Positions 30,308 through 39,515 of a DNA stretch of 64,000 bases are shown here, in pieces. Both the position numbers and the translations under genes were made by a program. Position 1 is the first letter of the stretch; every line of letters starts with the position of its first letter. Source of the stretch: Bacteroidales bacterium (GTDB lineage Bacteria; Bacteroidota; Bacteroidia; Bacteroidales; TTA-H9). The notes below the pieces were generated by a model. The model was not told where the DNA came from. It was given only the letters and a program-made list of their open reading frames with translations, and did not search any database. Where the stretch lies: contig JAUSOY010000061.1 of assembly GCA_030656615.1 (NCBI GenBank), positions 25,319 through 89,318 on the forward strand, read 5' to 3'.

Positions 30308-31256
30308 CTGAATTACAAATTTTATGAAGTGCTTTATCAAATTCTTCCATAATACTTTGAATTATTTCTGCTGCTGGCCTAATGCTCATAATTTGTGAGG
30401 CTACCTGACCAATTTCGAGTTCTCCTTCAACGAGATCGCCTTCGAACATTCCCTTGCGTGCTCTTCCTTTACCTAATAAAGTAGCAAGTTCTTCCTTTCC
30501 CATACCAGAAGATTCAGCTTCCTCAACTTTCGTAAGAAAAGGACTTTTAAGCAAGCGAACCGGGATGAGTTTCTTTAATGCCAACTTCGTATCACCTTCT
30601 TCAGCTTTAACTACTTCATTTTTAAAAGATTCGTGTGCTGATGACTCTTCTGCGGCAGCAAAAAGGCTGCCAATTTGGACGCCCTCGGCACCGAGTGCAA
30701 AGGCAGCAAGCATCGCTTCACCGGATGCGATACCTCCAGCAGCAATCAAAGGAATTGAAATCGCTTTACTTACGGAGGGTAATAATACCATGGTAGTTGT
30801 TTCGTCGATACCATTATGGCCACCCGCCTCAAATCCTTCAGCAATTACAACATCTACACCCGCCATTTCGCATTTAACGGCAAATTTCGTTGATGAAACT
30901 ACGTGTGCTACAAGAATTCCATTATCATGGAATAACTTTGTGTATTTCGATGGACTTCCGGCTGAGGTAATTACAATGGGAACTTTTTCAGCAATTATCA
31001 TATCAATATGGTCCTGAATCTGCGGATAGATTAAAGGGAGATTAACTGCGAAGGGATATGACGTGGCTTGTTTGCATTTACGGATATGATTCTGGAGATT
31101 TTCGGGGTACATCGACCCAGCTCCGATAACACCCAGTCCACCGGCATTACTAACAGCTGAAGCCAATTTCCATCCACTGCACCATATCATACCTGCCTGA
31201 ATTACAGGGTACGAAATTCCAAACAATTTACAAATACGATTATTTTTAAGCTTCAT
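30294..31256 (-). CDS. NAD(P)H-dependent flavin oxidoreductase (nitronate monooxygenase / FabK-like)
   Basis: TIM-barrel FMN protein motifs (YPVIQAGM, AGGLGVIGAG, EGFEAGGH). Start set at MKLKNNR. Confidence 0.8.
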   Translation of the reverse strand: MKLKNNRICKLFGISYPVIQAGMIWCSGWKLASAVSNAGGLGVIGAGSMYPENLQNHIRKCKQATSYPFAVNLPLIYPQIQDHIDMIIAEKVPIVITSAGSPSKYTKLFHDNGILVAHVVSSTKFAVKCEMAGVDVVIAEGFEAGGHNGIDETTTMVLLPSVSKAISIPLIAAGGIASGEAMLAAFALGAEGVQIGSLFAAAEESSAHESFKNEVVKAEEGDTKLALKKLIPVRLLKSPFLTKVEEAESSGMGKEELATLLGKGRARKGMFEGDLVEGELEIGQVASQIMSIRPAAEIIQSIMEEFDKALHKICNSDEHS

Positions 31257-31640
31257 AATTTGAATTAAATGCAATTCTAATAATTGATTTTTACAATTTT
31301 AAGTATATCGTTGAACGTATAACGTGTTTATAAGCGGTTAAATTTTTCTTAAAAATATTAAAATTTGGCTATCTCCCTTAAGAAAAATAAAAAAAGGTGA
31401 CCAGAAGCACCTTTTTTTATCGAAAAAAATAATTTTTCTTTCCGGTCTATGTAAAACGCCCTAAACTGTACTAATAACAGGGCATTGAGTGCGAATGAAG
31501 CAAAAAAGGCAAAAAAGAAAAACAGCTGCTCCGGGAAAACTAACCTATTGTCTATGAGGAAATTCTAAATGGTATCAGTCTCGACACGAACCTTTTGAAC
31601 CGGAACAGCTGCATCCAAATATATAAAATATTCTATCCGA

Positions 31641-32879
31641 TCACAAGATATTTTTCTTATAAATTATTACGACCGCCGAAACATCATCGCCACCCATATT
31701 TATTGACATACCATATGGTCTTGACGGATTAATGGTGATTTGAGCTTTACCGGCTTTACCAGTGAGCTGTTCCCAAATAGTTACAGCCTGATGAACGCCC
31801 GTAGCTCCGGTAGGATGTCCCCAGCCTATCAGACCACCGGTTGTATTCATTGGCATATTTCCGTTTCGGGAAGTATGTCCGGCGATAACGTAATCGGCGC
31901 CTTCGCCTTGTTTTGCCAATCCTAAGGCCTCAACGGTCAATAATCCGGCAATGGTAAAGCAATCATGACATTCCACCGTTGCCAAATCCTGAATGCTTAT
32001 CCCTGCTTGTTTTAAGGCTTTTCCAACGGCCTGGCTTATATTCGACAACTGGGTCAAATCAGGAGGCAATTGGGTTATATTGCGTACGCTTTGTGCCCAT
32101 CCTACAACCTCCACGGCATCTTCCGGCTTGACACCACAGCGTTTCAATCCTTCTTCCGACATAATAGCGATAGAAGATGCTCCATCAGAAACCTTTGAAC
32201 AATCAAATACATTCAGATGATCAACAAAACTTCTTCCATTGGGTTCCATGAGCGCAAGGGTTTCCAAATCCTCAACTTTGTTTTCATATTCCTGAGCTGT
32301 AGTACAAAGTCTTGCATTTTCTATAGCATTTCTAAACCAACGTGCAAAGGCCAAACGGGTTTTTTCGCGGCCGAATTTTTCAAAATACGCTCCGGCCCTA
32401 TTGCTGAACTGACCAGGAAAAAAATAAGCATGACCATTCTTTCGCTCCTGAAACCATCCAGCTCCTGCTAAAATATCAGCTCCATAAATCGCCTTCACCG
32501 TGTTCTGAACTTCTACACCAAGACCTAAAACAACATCGGAAGTTTCAGCCAAAACACTCCGTATACCAGCAATAAGGGCTAATCCACCTGAAGCACAAGC
32601 TCCTTCTACGCTAATGGCTGGCTTATATTCTAAGTCCTTATCAATTATAGGGAAAAATCCCTGAAGATGAGCCTGTTTATTAAAACGGGCCGACATAAAA
32701 TTACCAACCACGCATTCATCAACATTTTTTCCGCCGCCGATTTGGTCAAGAGTTACTTTACCGGCTTCTGTAAAATAATGTTCGAGTCCGGGACGTGTCT
32801 TTTTTGGATTAAATTCACTTCTGCCGGTACCAAGGGAAACTGTATTGTATCCCGCAGTCATATATACTTTTCTTCTCAT
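31641..32879 (-). CDS. thiolase-family acetyl-CoA C-acyltransferase (SCP2-thiolase-like)
   Basis: 412 aa with an active-site Cys context (VEGACASGGLAL) and C-terminal HPTGATG and GGDD motifs. Confidence 0.8.
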   Translation of the reverse strand: MRRKVYMTAGYNTVSLGTGRSEFNPKKTRPGLEHYFTEAGKVTLDQIGGGKNVDECVVGNFMSARFNKQAHLQGFFPIIDKDLEYKPAISVEGACASGGLALIAGIRSVLAETSDVVLGLGVEVQNTVKAIYGADILAGAGWFQERKNGHAYFFPGQFSNRAGAYFEKFGREKTRLAFARWFRNAIENARLCTTAQEYENKVEDLETLALMEPNGRSFVDHLNVFDCSKVSDGASSIAIMSEEGLKRCGVKPEDAVEVVGWAQSVRNITQLPPDLTQLSNISQAVGKALKQAGISIQDLATVECHDCFTIAGLLTVEALGLAKQGEGADYVIAGHTSRNGNMPMNTTGGLIGWGHPTGATGVHQAVTIWEQLTGKAGKAQITINPSRPYGMSINMGGDDVSAVVIIYKKNIL

Positions 32880-32893
32880 AATATTCCGTTTTA

Positions 32894-34237
32894 TTAGTCA
32901 AAATAATTGTTTACAGGTCCGTAAGCATGGAAAAAACCTGTCATAAGCACCGTATTCACATCTGTATCGTTATGCGCCACATTATTATTTACCAGCCTCT
33001 TAGCTATTTGGAGTGATTTATTTCCATAAACAACTGCAAGACTGCTTCCATGTGTATGTACATTCTTCATTGAACCAAAGAAGGTCGACAATTTATTATC
33101 CTTGTCAGCATCACGAACAATATTTTTCCACTGAATTTCTTTATTAGGAATATCGCCTATCCATGCATCCATTTTTGGTTTAAAAGAATCGATGGAAACA
33201 TACGCTTTCTGTCCTGGATCGTAAATAGAAGTCGGGCGACCTCTTTCATATTTTAAAAATCCGTCTTTCTGACTACCATCACTGTTTTGGCCTCCCTTAA
33301 CATTTAAAGAAATCATTAAATCGAGCAGTGGATGATGAAGATTCTCATCCTTCATATACGGATTCATGACCTGCATAATGTATTTACAGACATCAACGCC
33401 AACGTAATCGATTAACTGGTATATACCCATAGGCCTAACCAGAAAATCCTGACTAATACGATTCATGACGTATGCCGATTCGGGGAATGAAAATTCTTTC
33501 TGCAGTTTTTCAGTTTCAGCAAGTGCATGGAGGATATCCCTCATAAAGTGACCGTTTCCAATAAATCCGGCAACATCATTCGAGCGCACAATGGTTTTCC
33601 TTAAATTCTTTGCATACATCAGTGCGAATTCTGTCAAACCGGGGATTGTATTCTCAGTGGTAATGAGCTCAACCAGCTTTTGAATGGCTGGTGGATTATA
33701 AAAATGAAATCCGATAACCCTTCCTTTCAACCCACCCTTTTCTTCGAGATAACCAATGGGGATGGAACTTGTATTTGTAAAGAACCATGGTGAAAGCTTA
33801 CTGTTTTTATCAATTTCGGTAAACAGTTTAATCTTGAGATCCGGATTTTCGCTGGCTGCTTCAAAAACTAAGGAGGCATCATAAGCCGTTTCTATCCTGG
33901 TTGAACAACGAACAATGCTCATAACATCATTCACATAGGCATTAATTATGTCCTCATTTTCAATCAAATCAGCACGATGAGCGTATGTTTTCCGTAGGGC
34001 TACTGTCTTTTTTTCAGCAGCTTTTACCACCTGTGTCCTTAAATAGGACACAAGTCCGGTAAGCCCTGCGTCAGACACATCGATTGCTTGCAGGACAAAC
34101 GTTTTTCCTGCATTAACAGGGGCGAGCATTAAGTCGGCCATTTCTAGAGCCGTTAAAAGAAGTATTCCACTTCCCATTTTACCAGCGGCACCTATTACAG
34201 CTACATTTTTTAAACGATCTGCATAATCCATAATCAT
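32894..34237 (-). CDS. 3-hydroxyacyl-CoA dehydrogenase family protein
   Basis: 447 aa with an N-terminal Rossmann motif (VAVIGAAGKMGSG) and an HFYNPP-type motif of the 3HCDH family. Confidence 0.85.
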   Translation of the reverse strand: MIMDYADRLKNVAVIGAAGKMGSGILLLTALEMADLMLAPVNAGKTFVLQAIDVSDAGLTGLVSYLRTQVVKAAEKKTVALRKTYAHRADLIENEDIINAYVNDVMSIVRCSTRIETAYDASLVFEAASENPDLKIKLFTEIDKNSKLSPWFFTNTSSIPIGYLEEKGGLKGRVIGFHFYNPPAIQKLVELITTENTIPGLTEFALMYAKNLRKTIVRSNDVAGFIGNGHFMRDILHALAETEKLQKEFSFPESAYVMNRISQDFLVRPMGIYQLIDYVGVDVCKYIMQVMNPYMKDENLHHPLLDLMISLNVKGGQNSDGSQKDGFLKYERGRPTSIYDPGQKAYVSIDSFKPKMDAWIGDIPNKEIQWKNIVRDADKDNKLSTFFGSMKNVHTHGSSLAVVYGNKSLQIAKRLVNNNVAHNDTDVNTVLMTGFFHAYGPVNNYFD

Positions 34238-34282
34238 TGTTTTTATTATTCTACACTATCATTTTATTGGGGAATTCCGGTA

Positions 34283-35059
34283 TTACCAACTGGCTTTTCT
34301 CTTTTGAAGAAACGCATTCATGCCTTCTTCAGACTGACTCCCGCCACCAAATAATGCTGCAAATTCACGACGTTCGAGTATGAGCCCATCATCGAGCTTC
34401 ATATCAAATCCCAGACGACTGACTTCTTTAACCCTACGAACTGCAAGCGGCCCTTTGGAGGTGATGTTTCTGGCGATTTTCATAACCTCATCTATAAAGA
34501 CTTCGGGAGCGAACACTTTTGCCACCAAACCGTGCATCAGGGCATCCTGAGCTACGAGCATATCACCAGTAATCAGCAGGTATTTCGCTGTTGAAAATCC
34601 GACAAAACGGGTTAAACGTTGCGTACCACCAAATCCAGGAATCAATCCAAGATTTACTTCCGGTTGACCAAATCGGGCGGTTTCAGATGCGATTCGAATA
34701 TCACAGGCCATTGCAAGCTCCATTCCACCACCAAGAGCGAAACCATTTACGGCAGCAATCACGGCAAATGGGAGCCGTTCAATTCTGCTAAATGTTTCTT
34801 GTCCCAATGCAGAGAATTCGTATGCTTCCGCTTCATCCATACCAGACATTTCAGCAATATCGGCACCAGCAACAAATGCCTTGCCACTGCCTGTAATAAC
34901 CAATACACGGATGGCCGAATCGGATGCAATTTTATCCAGTAAAATATTCATTTCTGCAAAAAATTGCCTGTTGAGTGCATTTAATGCCTGTGGCCTGTTT
35001 ATGGTGATAATTCCCAGATAATCACCATCTTTCTCATAATTCAGAATTTTTTCTTCCAT
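34283..35059 (-). CDS. enoyl-CoA hydratase (crotonase)
   Basis: 258 aa with crotonase-fold motifs (FVAGADI, NGFALGGGMELAMACDIR, GLIPGFGGTQRL). Confidence 0.9.
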   Translation of the reverse strand: MEEKILNYEKDGDYLGIITINRPQALNALNRQFFAEMNILLDKIASDSAIRVLVITGSGKAFVAGADIAEMSGMDEAEAYEFSALGQETFSRIERLPFAVIAAVNGFALGGGMELAMACDIRIASETARFGQPEVNLGLIPGFGGTQRLTRFVGFSTAKYLLITGDMLVAQDALMHGLVAKVFAPEVFIDEVMKIARNITSKGPLAVRRVKEVSRLGFDMKLDDGLILERREFAALFGGGSQSEEGMNAFLQKRKASW

Positions 35060-35210
35060 GAACCTTAATGATTAATTTGACTTATAAAGAAACATAAAAA
35101 ATTTGACATATATCAAATTCACTCTAAAACATTCTTTTTCAAATAGGACAGAAACATCATTTTCGGCCTCGAAAAAATGTATCTTTACCCTCAGGTTGTT
35201 CCATTAATAA

Positions 35211-35852
35211 ATGCACACATTAAAGATAATGAAAATCAGCTATCTTTCTACATTTGTTTTAAATTTTAAAGAAATTCTTCTTGTTTTTCTTCTTCTAGCT
35301 GGCTTAAATTTATTTGCATTTAATCATCCTGAAGCAATGTCAAAGCATGGAAAAGACACAGTGCTTAAAAATATTCGTGTTAAATCTACCATACTAGAAA
35401 ACCTTAAAACTGGCACTGTACAGGATATTCCTCCCAAACCAAAACCATCAACTCAACCCCAACCAATCGTTTCTCATTACACAAAGGTATTTCGTCTTGA
35501 GAGTGGCGGTTTTGCAGCCTATTGCCTTCCAGACGTTATCCAGGGCTCTGAAATGTCCGCATCGTCCGACGCACTATTTCCTTTTGTAAAAAAAGACAAA
35601 AAAACGGATGATTTTCGAATCATTCATTCTCCGTTGACTGTACTACCCAATCCGGCAAGCGATTTAATTACCATCAATGCCTATGAAGGCAACCTTGTTT
35701 ATATATTTAATCACAAGGGAAAACAGGTGTTATTTGCCGAGTTGGATCAGAATGCCGACCTTGATGTAAGTGGTTTAGCCTGTGGTATTTATACAATAAA
35801 AGTCGAAAACAAGGGTCAATTCAGGCAAGTACAACTCATTATTCAGCGTTAA
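35211..35852 (+). CDS. small secreted protein with T9SS C-terminal sorting domain
   Basis: N-terminal hydrophobic segment. C-terminal ~75 aa (VLPNPASDLITINAY...CGIYTIKVEN...LIIQR) are T9SS CTD-like. The 3' end overlaps the convergent ORF by 14 nt. Confidence 0.6.
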   Translation: MHTLKIMKISYLSTFVLNFKEILLVFLLLAGLNLFAFNHPEAMSKHGKDTVLKNIRVKSTILENLKTGTVQDIPPKPKPSTQPQPIVSHYTKVFRLESGGFAAYCLPDVIQGSEMSASSDALFPFVKKDKKTDDFRIIHSPLTVLPNPASDLITINAYEGNLVYIFNHKGKQVLFAELDQNADLDVSGLACGIYTIKVENKGQFRQVQLIIQR

Positions 35853-37356
35853 GGAATAAATTGGTATCAAACTTCCACAAAACATCGTCATTCGCAAAGT
35901 ACCATCCATTTTCAGTCTTTAAACGGCATGCTTCTTCAGGAGTAATAGTAAGGTCAAAGTTTTTACCTTCGAGATACAGATTTTTTAAAATTTCGCCATT
36001 CGAGTTGATTGCAAACGCCCTGACCTTCCCCTTACGCTGAAATGCTTTTAGGTTCGATGGATCACGATTAATATTCGATGTATTGTCATTATATATAAAT
36101 ACCATACGCAATAAGGAATCTACTCCTACAACAAAGCCGGTGCGACTAATATCATTAACAGCCTTTTGATACCGTGGAATAATCTTTTTCCAAACCAATT
36201 TACCATCGGCATCCGATTTAATAACCACGATGTCTGAGGCAGAAAACTCATCGCGAAAATACAAATGTCCCTCCGAATCATTAATGTGCATTTTTCGAAG
36301 TTTTTCGAGGCTAAAGACCATAATGAAACCAGCAGAATCATTAAAAAAGATATCCGACGTCTTTAAATCGTTCAAACCAAGATTATCGGGCTTTTCATCC
36401 GGGAAATAATCAATATTCGTGACGAATAAACGGGGATTAAACATCTGACCCACCGGAAACCGCCAACAAAATCCATTCAACTGATTATCTTTTGTAATTG
36501 CAGATCCGAACACATTCAACTCCCCACCAGGAAGCTTCTTAATAACAACATCTGAAATTCTGAAATCCTTTTCCAATACCAGAAAACTTGTTGCCGAACT
36601 TGCCGGATTCATAACTAAAAGTCGGTATTCAAAACTTTTAGGAAATGTTTCAATCCGGACTAGAATTAACGCTTCGTTCAATGATCCGGTTTCAAAATCG
36701 ATAATCTCACATTCAAGCGAATTAAAGGGTAAATCAAGATTGTATGCACGAACGATTTCAAAATCCTGATTATAAATATTCAAAACAGGACTCCGGTTGA
36801 ATTTATAGTTCGACTCATGATCACTCAACAAATAATATGAAAAGGTTTTTCCGTTTCCTGATTGTTTCAGAAAAAACCGATTATAATTCAGCGAATATCG
36901 ATCCTCTTCGGTAAACGACAATAGTAGTTGAGGCGAAAGAAACACAGTATCTTCTATTGAACTTTTAAAGACCCAGGCCTGATGCGATTTTTCCGATTTC
37001 AGATGTCGTTCGGTAAAAACAACAACATTCTTTGAATTGACGCTAATAGCCACGGGTTTCAAGTAATCAGCTTCCCCGGCTGGTAATGCAATGTGATGAG
37101 GTGCTTTTTCCGTTCTTTCATCAAATACAAGGATACCACACCGATTAGGGTCTTTATTGAGATCCCATAGTTTATTTTCGGGACTAAGAACACATAAATA
37201 TCTATTCTCGACATGTATCCCTGGGCCACCTACATTCATTGAAGATAATGACCCGACGATCTCACATTTTATAATACTTTGAGCGATCGATTGAAAATTC
37301 AATAATCCAACAATCGTAATTAAAAGACCTGGTTTATTAAATTTAAAGTATTGCAT
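35839..37356 (-). CDS. hypothetical secreted protein
   Basis: 505 aa from MQYFKFNKPGLLITIVGLLNFQSIAQ (signal peptide). No family recognised. Lies 40 nt downstream of the HydE-like gene on the same strand. Confidence 0.55.
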   Translation of the reverse strand: MQYFKFNKPGLLITIVGLLNFQSIAQSIIKCEIVGSLSSMNVGGPGIHVENRYLCVLSPENKLWDLNKDPNRCGILVFDERTEKAPHHIALPAGEADYLKPVAISVNSKNVVVFTERHLKSEKSHQAWVFKSSIEDTVFLSPQLLLSFTEEDRYSLNYNRFFLKQSGNGKTFSYYLLSDHESNYKFNRSPVLNIYNQDFEIVRAYNLDLPFNSLECEIIDFETGSLNEALILVRIETFPKSFEYRLLVMNPASSATSFLVLEKDFRISDVVIKKLPGGELNVFGSAITKDNQLNGFCWRFPVGQMFNPRLFVTNIDYFPDEKPDNLGLNDLKTSDIFFNDSAGFIMVFSLEKLRKMHINDSEGHLYFRDEFSASDIVVIKSDADGKLVWKKIIPRYQKAVNDISRTGFVVGVDSLLRMVFIYNDNTSNINRDPSNLKAFQRKGKVRAFAINSNGEILKNLYLEGKNFDLTITPEEACRLKTENGWYFANDDVLWKFDTNLFLNAE

Positions 37357-37396
37357 ACTAGTAAATTCCTTCAAATTTAATAAAACCCGACAAGAA

Positions 37397-38518
37397 TCAG
37401 GTGTTCTCACCTAACTTTTTTCGAAGACGGGCCGCGAAATGAGGAGAGTCACCCCAATCGTCCCATCCAATTTCTGCACCAGCTATATGAATTCGGGCTT
37501 CGAGGCAACGCTGACATTGATCGGCCTCCTCATCAATGCATGGCTTGTCCTGATATAATAAATAATCCTCCCGGTACTTTAGCGGTGTTAAATTGGGCAT
37601 TACAACATTCGCCCCAACTTTTATCGCCTTTTCTCTTCCTTGTGGATCAATTGCCTGCATGGCAGTAGTAGCAGCAATATTGATATCTTTCATCATAATT
37701 CGCAGGAGTGCAACCATCTTCAACGACAAATCAAAACGCTCCTGCCTCGGCAAAAGGGAATCCCGATATTGCCATAATGGTGTGTTTTCATGTTCGATGT
37801 ATGGGCCCATTCCGGCCATATCGATGTCAAGACTCTTGAAAAAGAGCAGGTCCTTAGCAAGGTGATCATACGATTGAAATGGCAAGCCAATCATTACGCC
37901 GGTTCCTACCTGAAAACCTTCTCGTTTTAATGCATATAATGCTTCCAATCTTCTGGAATAATCATGTAATTTGTTGTCAGGATGAAGTTTACGATACAAA
38001 TCTTCATCCGATGATTCGATACGTAAAAGATACCGATGAGCACCACTTTCAAACCAATAACGAAAAGTTTCATCCGTCTGCTCACCCATCGACAGGGTAA
38101 TGCCAAGTTTACCATCCGACATTTTTTTAATATCTGACACGAGTTTGCCAATTCGCCGGATAAAAGTTTTATTAAACCGTTCACCGGATTGTATAACCAC
38201 AGAAGCAAAATGATGCTCATAAGCAAAAACCGCAGCCTGCATCACTTCTTCATCCGACATGACATAGCGCGAAATCGTTTTATTTCCCGAGCGAACCCCA
38301 CAATAAAAGCAATCCTTTGCACAAATATTGGAATACTCCATCAATCCTCTGAAATACACTTTATTGCCAACAAAATTATTTTTAATTTCCGCGGCTTTGG
38401 CAAAAAGCAATTTACGTTCATCTTCATCGGCACTTAAAAGACGTATCAGTTGCTGATGTGAATAATCCGACGATTCCAGAATTTCTTTAAACAAAGGTGT
38501 CATATGAAAAAATTTCAA
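37397..38518 (-). CDS. radical SAM protein, HydE/BioB-like ([FeFe]-hydrogenase maturase HydE family)
   Basis: CxxxCxxC (CAKDCFYCGVRSGN) and HydE-like blocks (VVIQSGE, HRYLLRIESS, GVMIGLPFQS...DIDMAGMGPYIEHENTPL). Confidence 0.75.
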   Translation of the reverse strand: MKFFHMTPLFKEILESSDYSHQQLIRLLSADEDERKLLFAKAAEIKNNFVGNKVYFRGLMEYSNICAKDCFYCGVRSGNKTISRYVMSDEEVMQAAVFAYEHHFASVVIQSGERFNKTFIRRIGKLVSDIKKMSDGKLGITLSMGEQTDETFRYWFESGAHRYLLRIESSDEDLYRKLHPDNKLHDYSRRLEALYALKREGFQVGTGVMIGLPFQSYDHLAKDLLFFKSLDIDMAGMGPYIEHENTPLWQYRDSLLPRQERFDLSLKMVALLRIMMKDINIAATTAMQAIDPQGREKAIKVGANVVMPNLTPLKYREDYLLYQDKPCIDEEADQCQRCLEARIHIAGAEIGWDDWGDSPHFAARLRKKLGENT

Positions 38519-38638
38519 AACAAAATTACAATATTATTTTTTGACGTTCCGCTACAAAAATTCTTAAATAAGCCGATACATGATAACAAAAATCCTGTTA
38601 TTAAGACGATTATCAAATAAATCACTCACATATTGAGA

Positions 38639-38646
38639 TAATTTTG
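38639..38646 (+). promoter_or_regulatory. -7 box TAATTTTG upstream of LytTR regulator
   Basis: Matches TAnnTTTG, 39 nt before the ATG. Confidence 0.45.
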
Positions 38647-38684
38647 ATTATATTTACGCGATGCTCAGCCAAAACAACTGAAAC

Positions 38685-39455
38685 ATGCACCTGCCTGATT
38701 CCATCAATACCCTGATTGTAGATGACGATCAAATAGCACGAACATCGCTACGTCATATACTTGTCCGGTATTTTAGAAACATCCACATTTTGGGTGAGGC
38801 CGATTCGGTGGCTGAGGCCATAAAATTAATCGATGAAAAAGAACCGGACCTGCTGTTTCTTGATATCAATTTACCCGATGGCACGGGTTTCGACATCATC
38901 GAATCCAGTGTTTTTAGAAGTTATCAGGTCATTTTTACTACTGCATATGACCAATACGCGGTTAAAGCTTTCGAATTTTCAGCTTTGCACTATTTATTAA
39001 AACCCATCAAAAAGCCTCATCTGGAAGAAGCATTAAAACGTTATAGACCGCAAAGCATCGATCCATTAATTCATAAAAAACTTGATATTTTTCAGGCTAC
39101 CGCAAGCGGCCGGCCACCCGAAAAAATGCTGATTTCATCGATGGATGGCCTTCAAATGGTGAAAATTAACGACATCGTCCGTTGCGAAGCCGCAGAAGCG
39201 TATACACTGATATATATGAATGATAATAAACGTTATACTGTATCAAAGTCGCTTTCAATTTTTGAAAACATCCTTGAAGGAAGGCATTTTTCGCGCGTTC
39301 ACAACAAACATCTTGTCAATCTGAAATACATAAAACAGTATCATAGAGGAAAAGGCGGAACAGTAATCATGGAAGATGGCACTGAAGTGGAAGTTTCGGT
39401 CAGAAAAAAAAACATTTTTATGGATGAATTAAAATTATATGCTTTGAGCACTTAA
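38685..39455 (+). CDS. LytR/AlgR-family response regulator (REC + LytTR DNA-binding domain)
   Basis: Receiver domain (LIVDDD...DLLFLDINLPDGTG) and a C-terminal LytTR domain (FSRVHNKHLVNLKYI). Confidence 0.9.
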   Translation: MHLPDSINTLIVDDDQIARTSLRHILVRYFRNIHILGEADSVAEAIKLIDEKEPDLLFLDINLPDGTGFDIIESSVFRSYQVIFTTAYDQYAVKAFEFSALHYLLKPIKKPHLEEALKRYRPQSIDPLIHKKLDIFQATASGRPPEKMLISSMDGLQMVKINDIVRCEAAEAYTLIYMNDNKRYTVSKSLSIFENILEGRHFSRVHNKHLVNLKYIKQYHRGKGGTVIMEDGTEVEVSVRKKNIFMDELKLYALST

Positions 39456-39515
39456 CTTAATAGCATATTCACACTTTCACTACTTTTATCCTTTAACTTC
39501 AGTTCATTTGTACCT

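Noticed and set aside
30454-31017. 187-aa ORF antisense to the FMN oxidoreductase gene
   Set aside because: The Ser/Ala/Pro-rich translation is an antisense artefact of a GC-richer, Gly/Ala-rich gene.
37397-38518. Biotin synthase (bioB) assignment for the radical SAM gene
   Set aside because: The block pattern matches HydE-type sequences better, and no bio genes are adjacent. I kept it as HydE/BioB-like, without a gene symbol.
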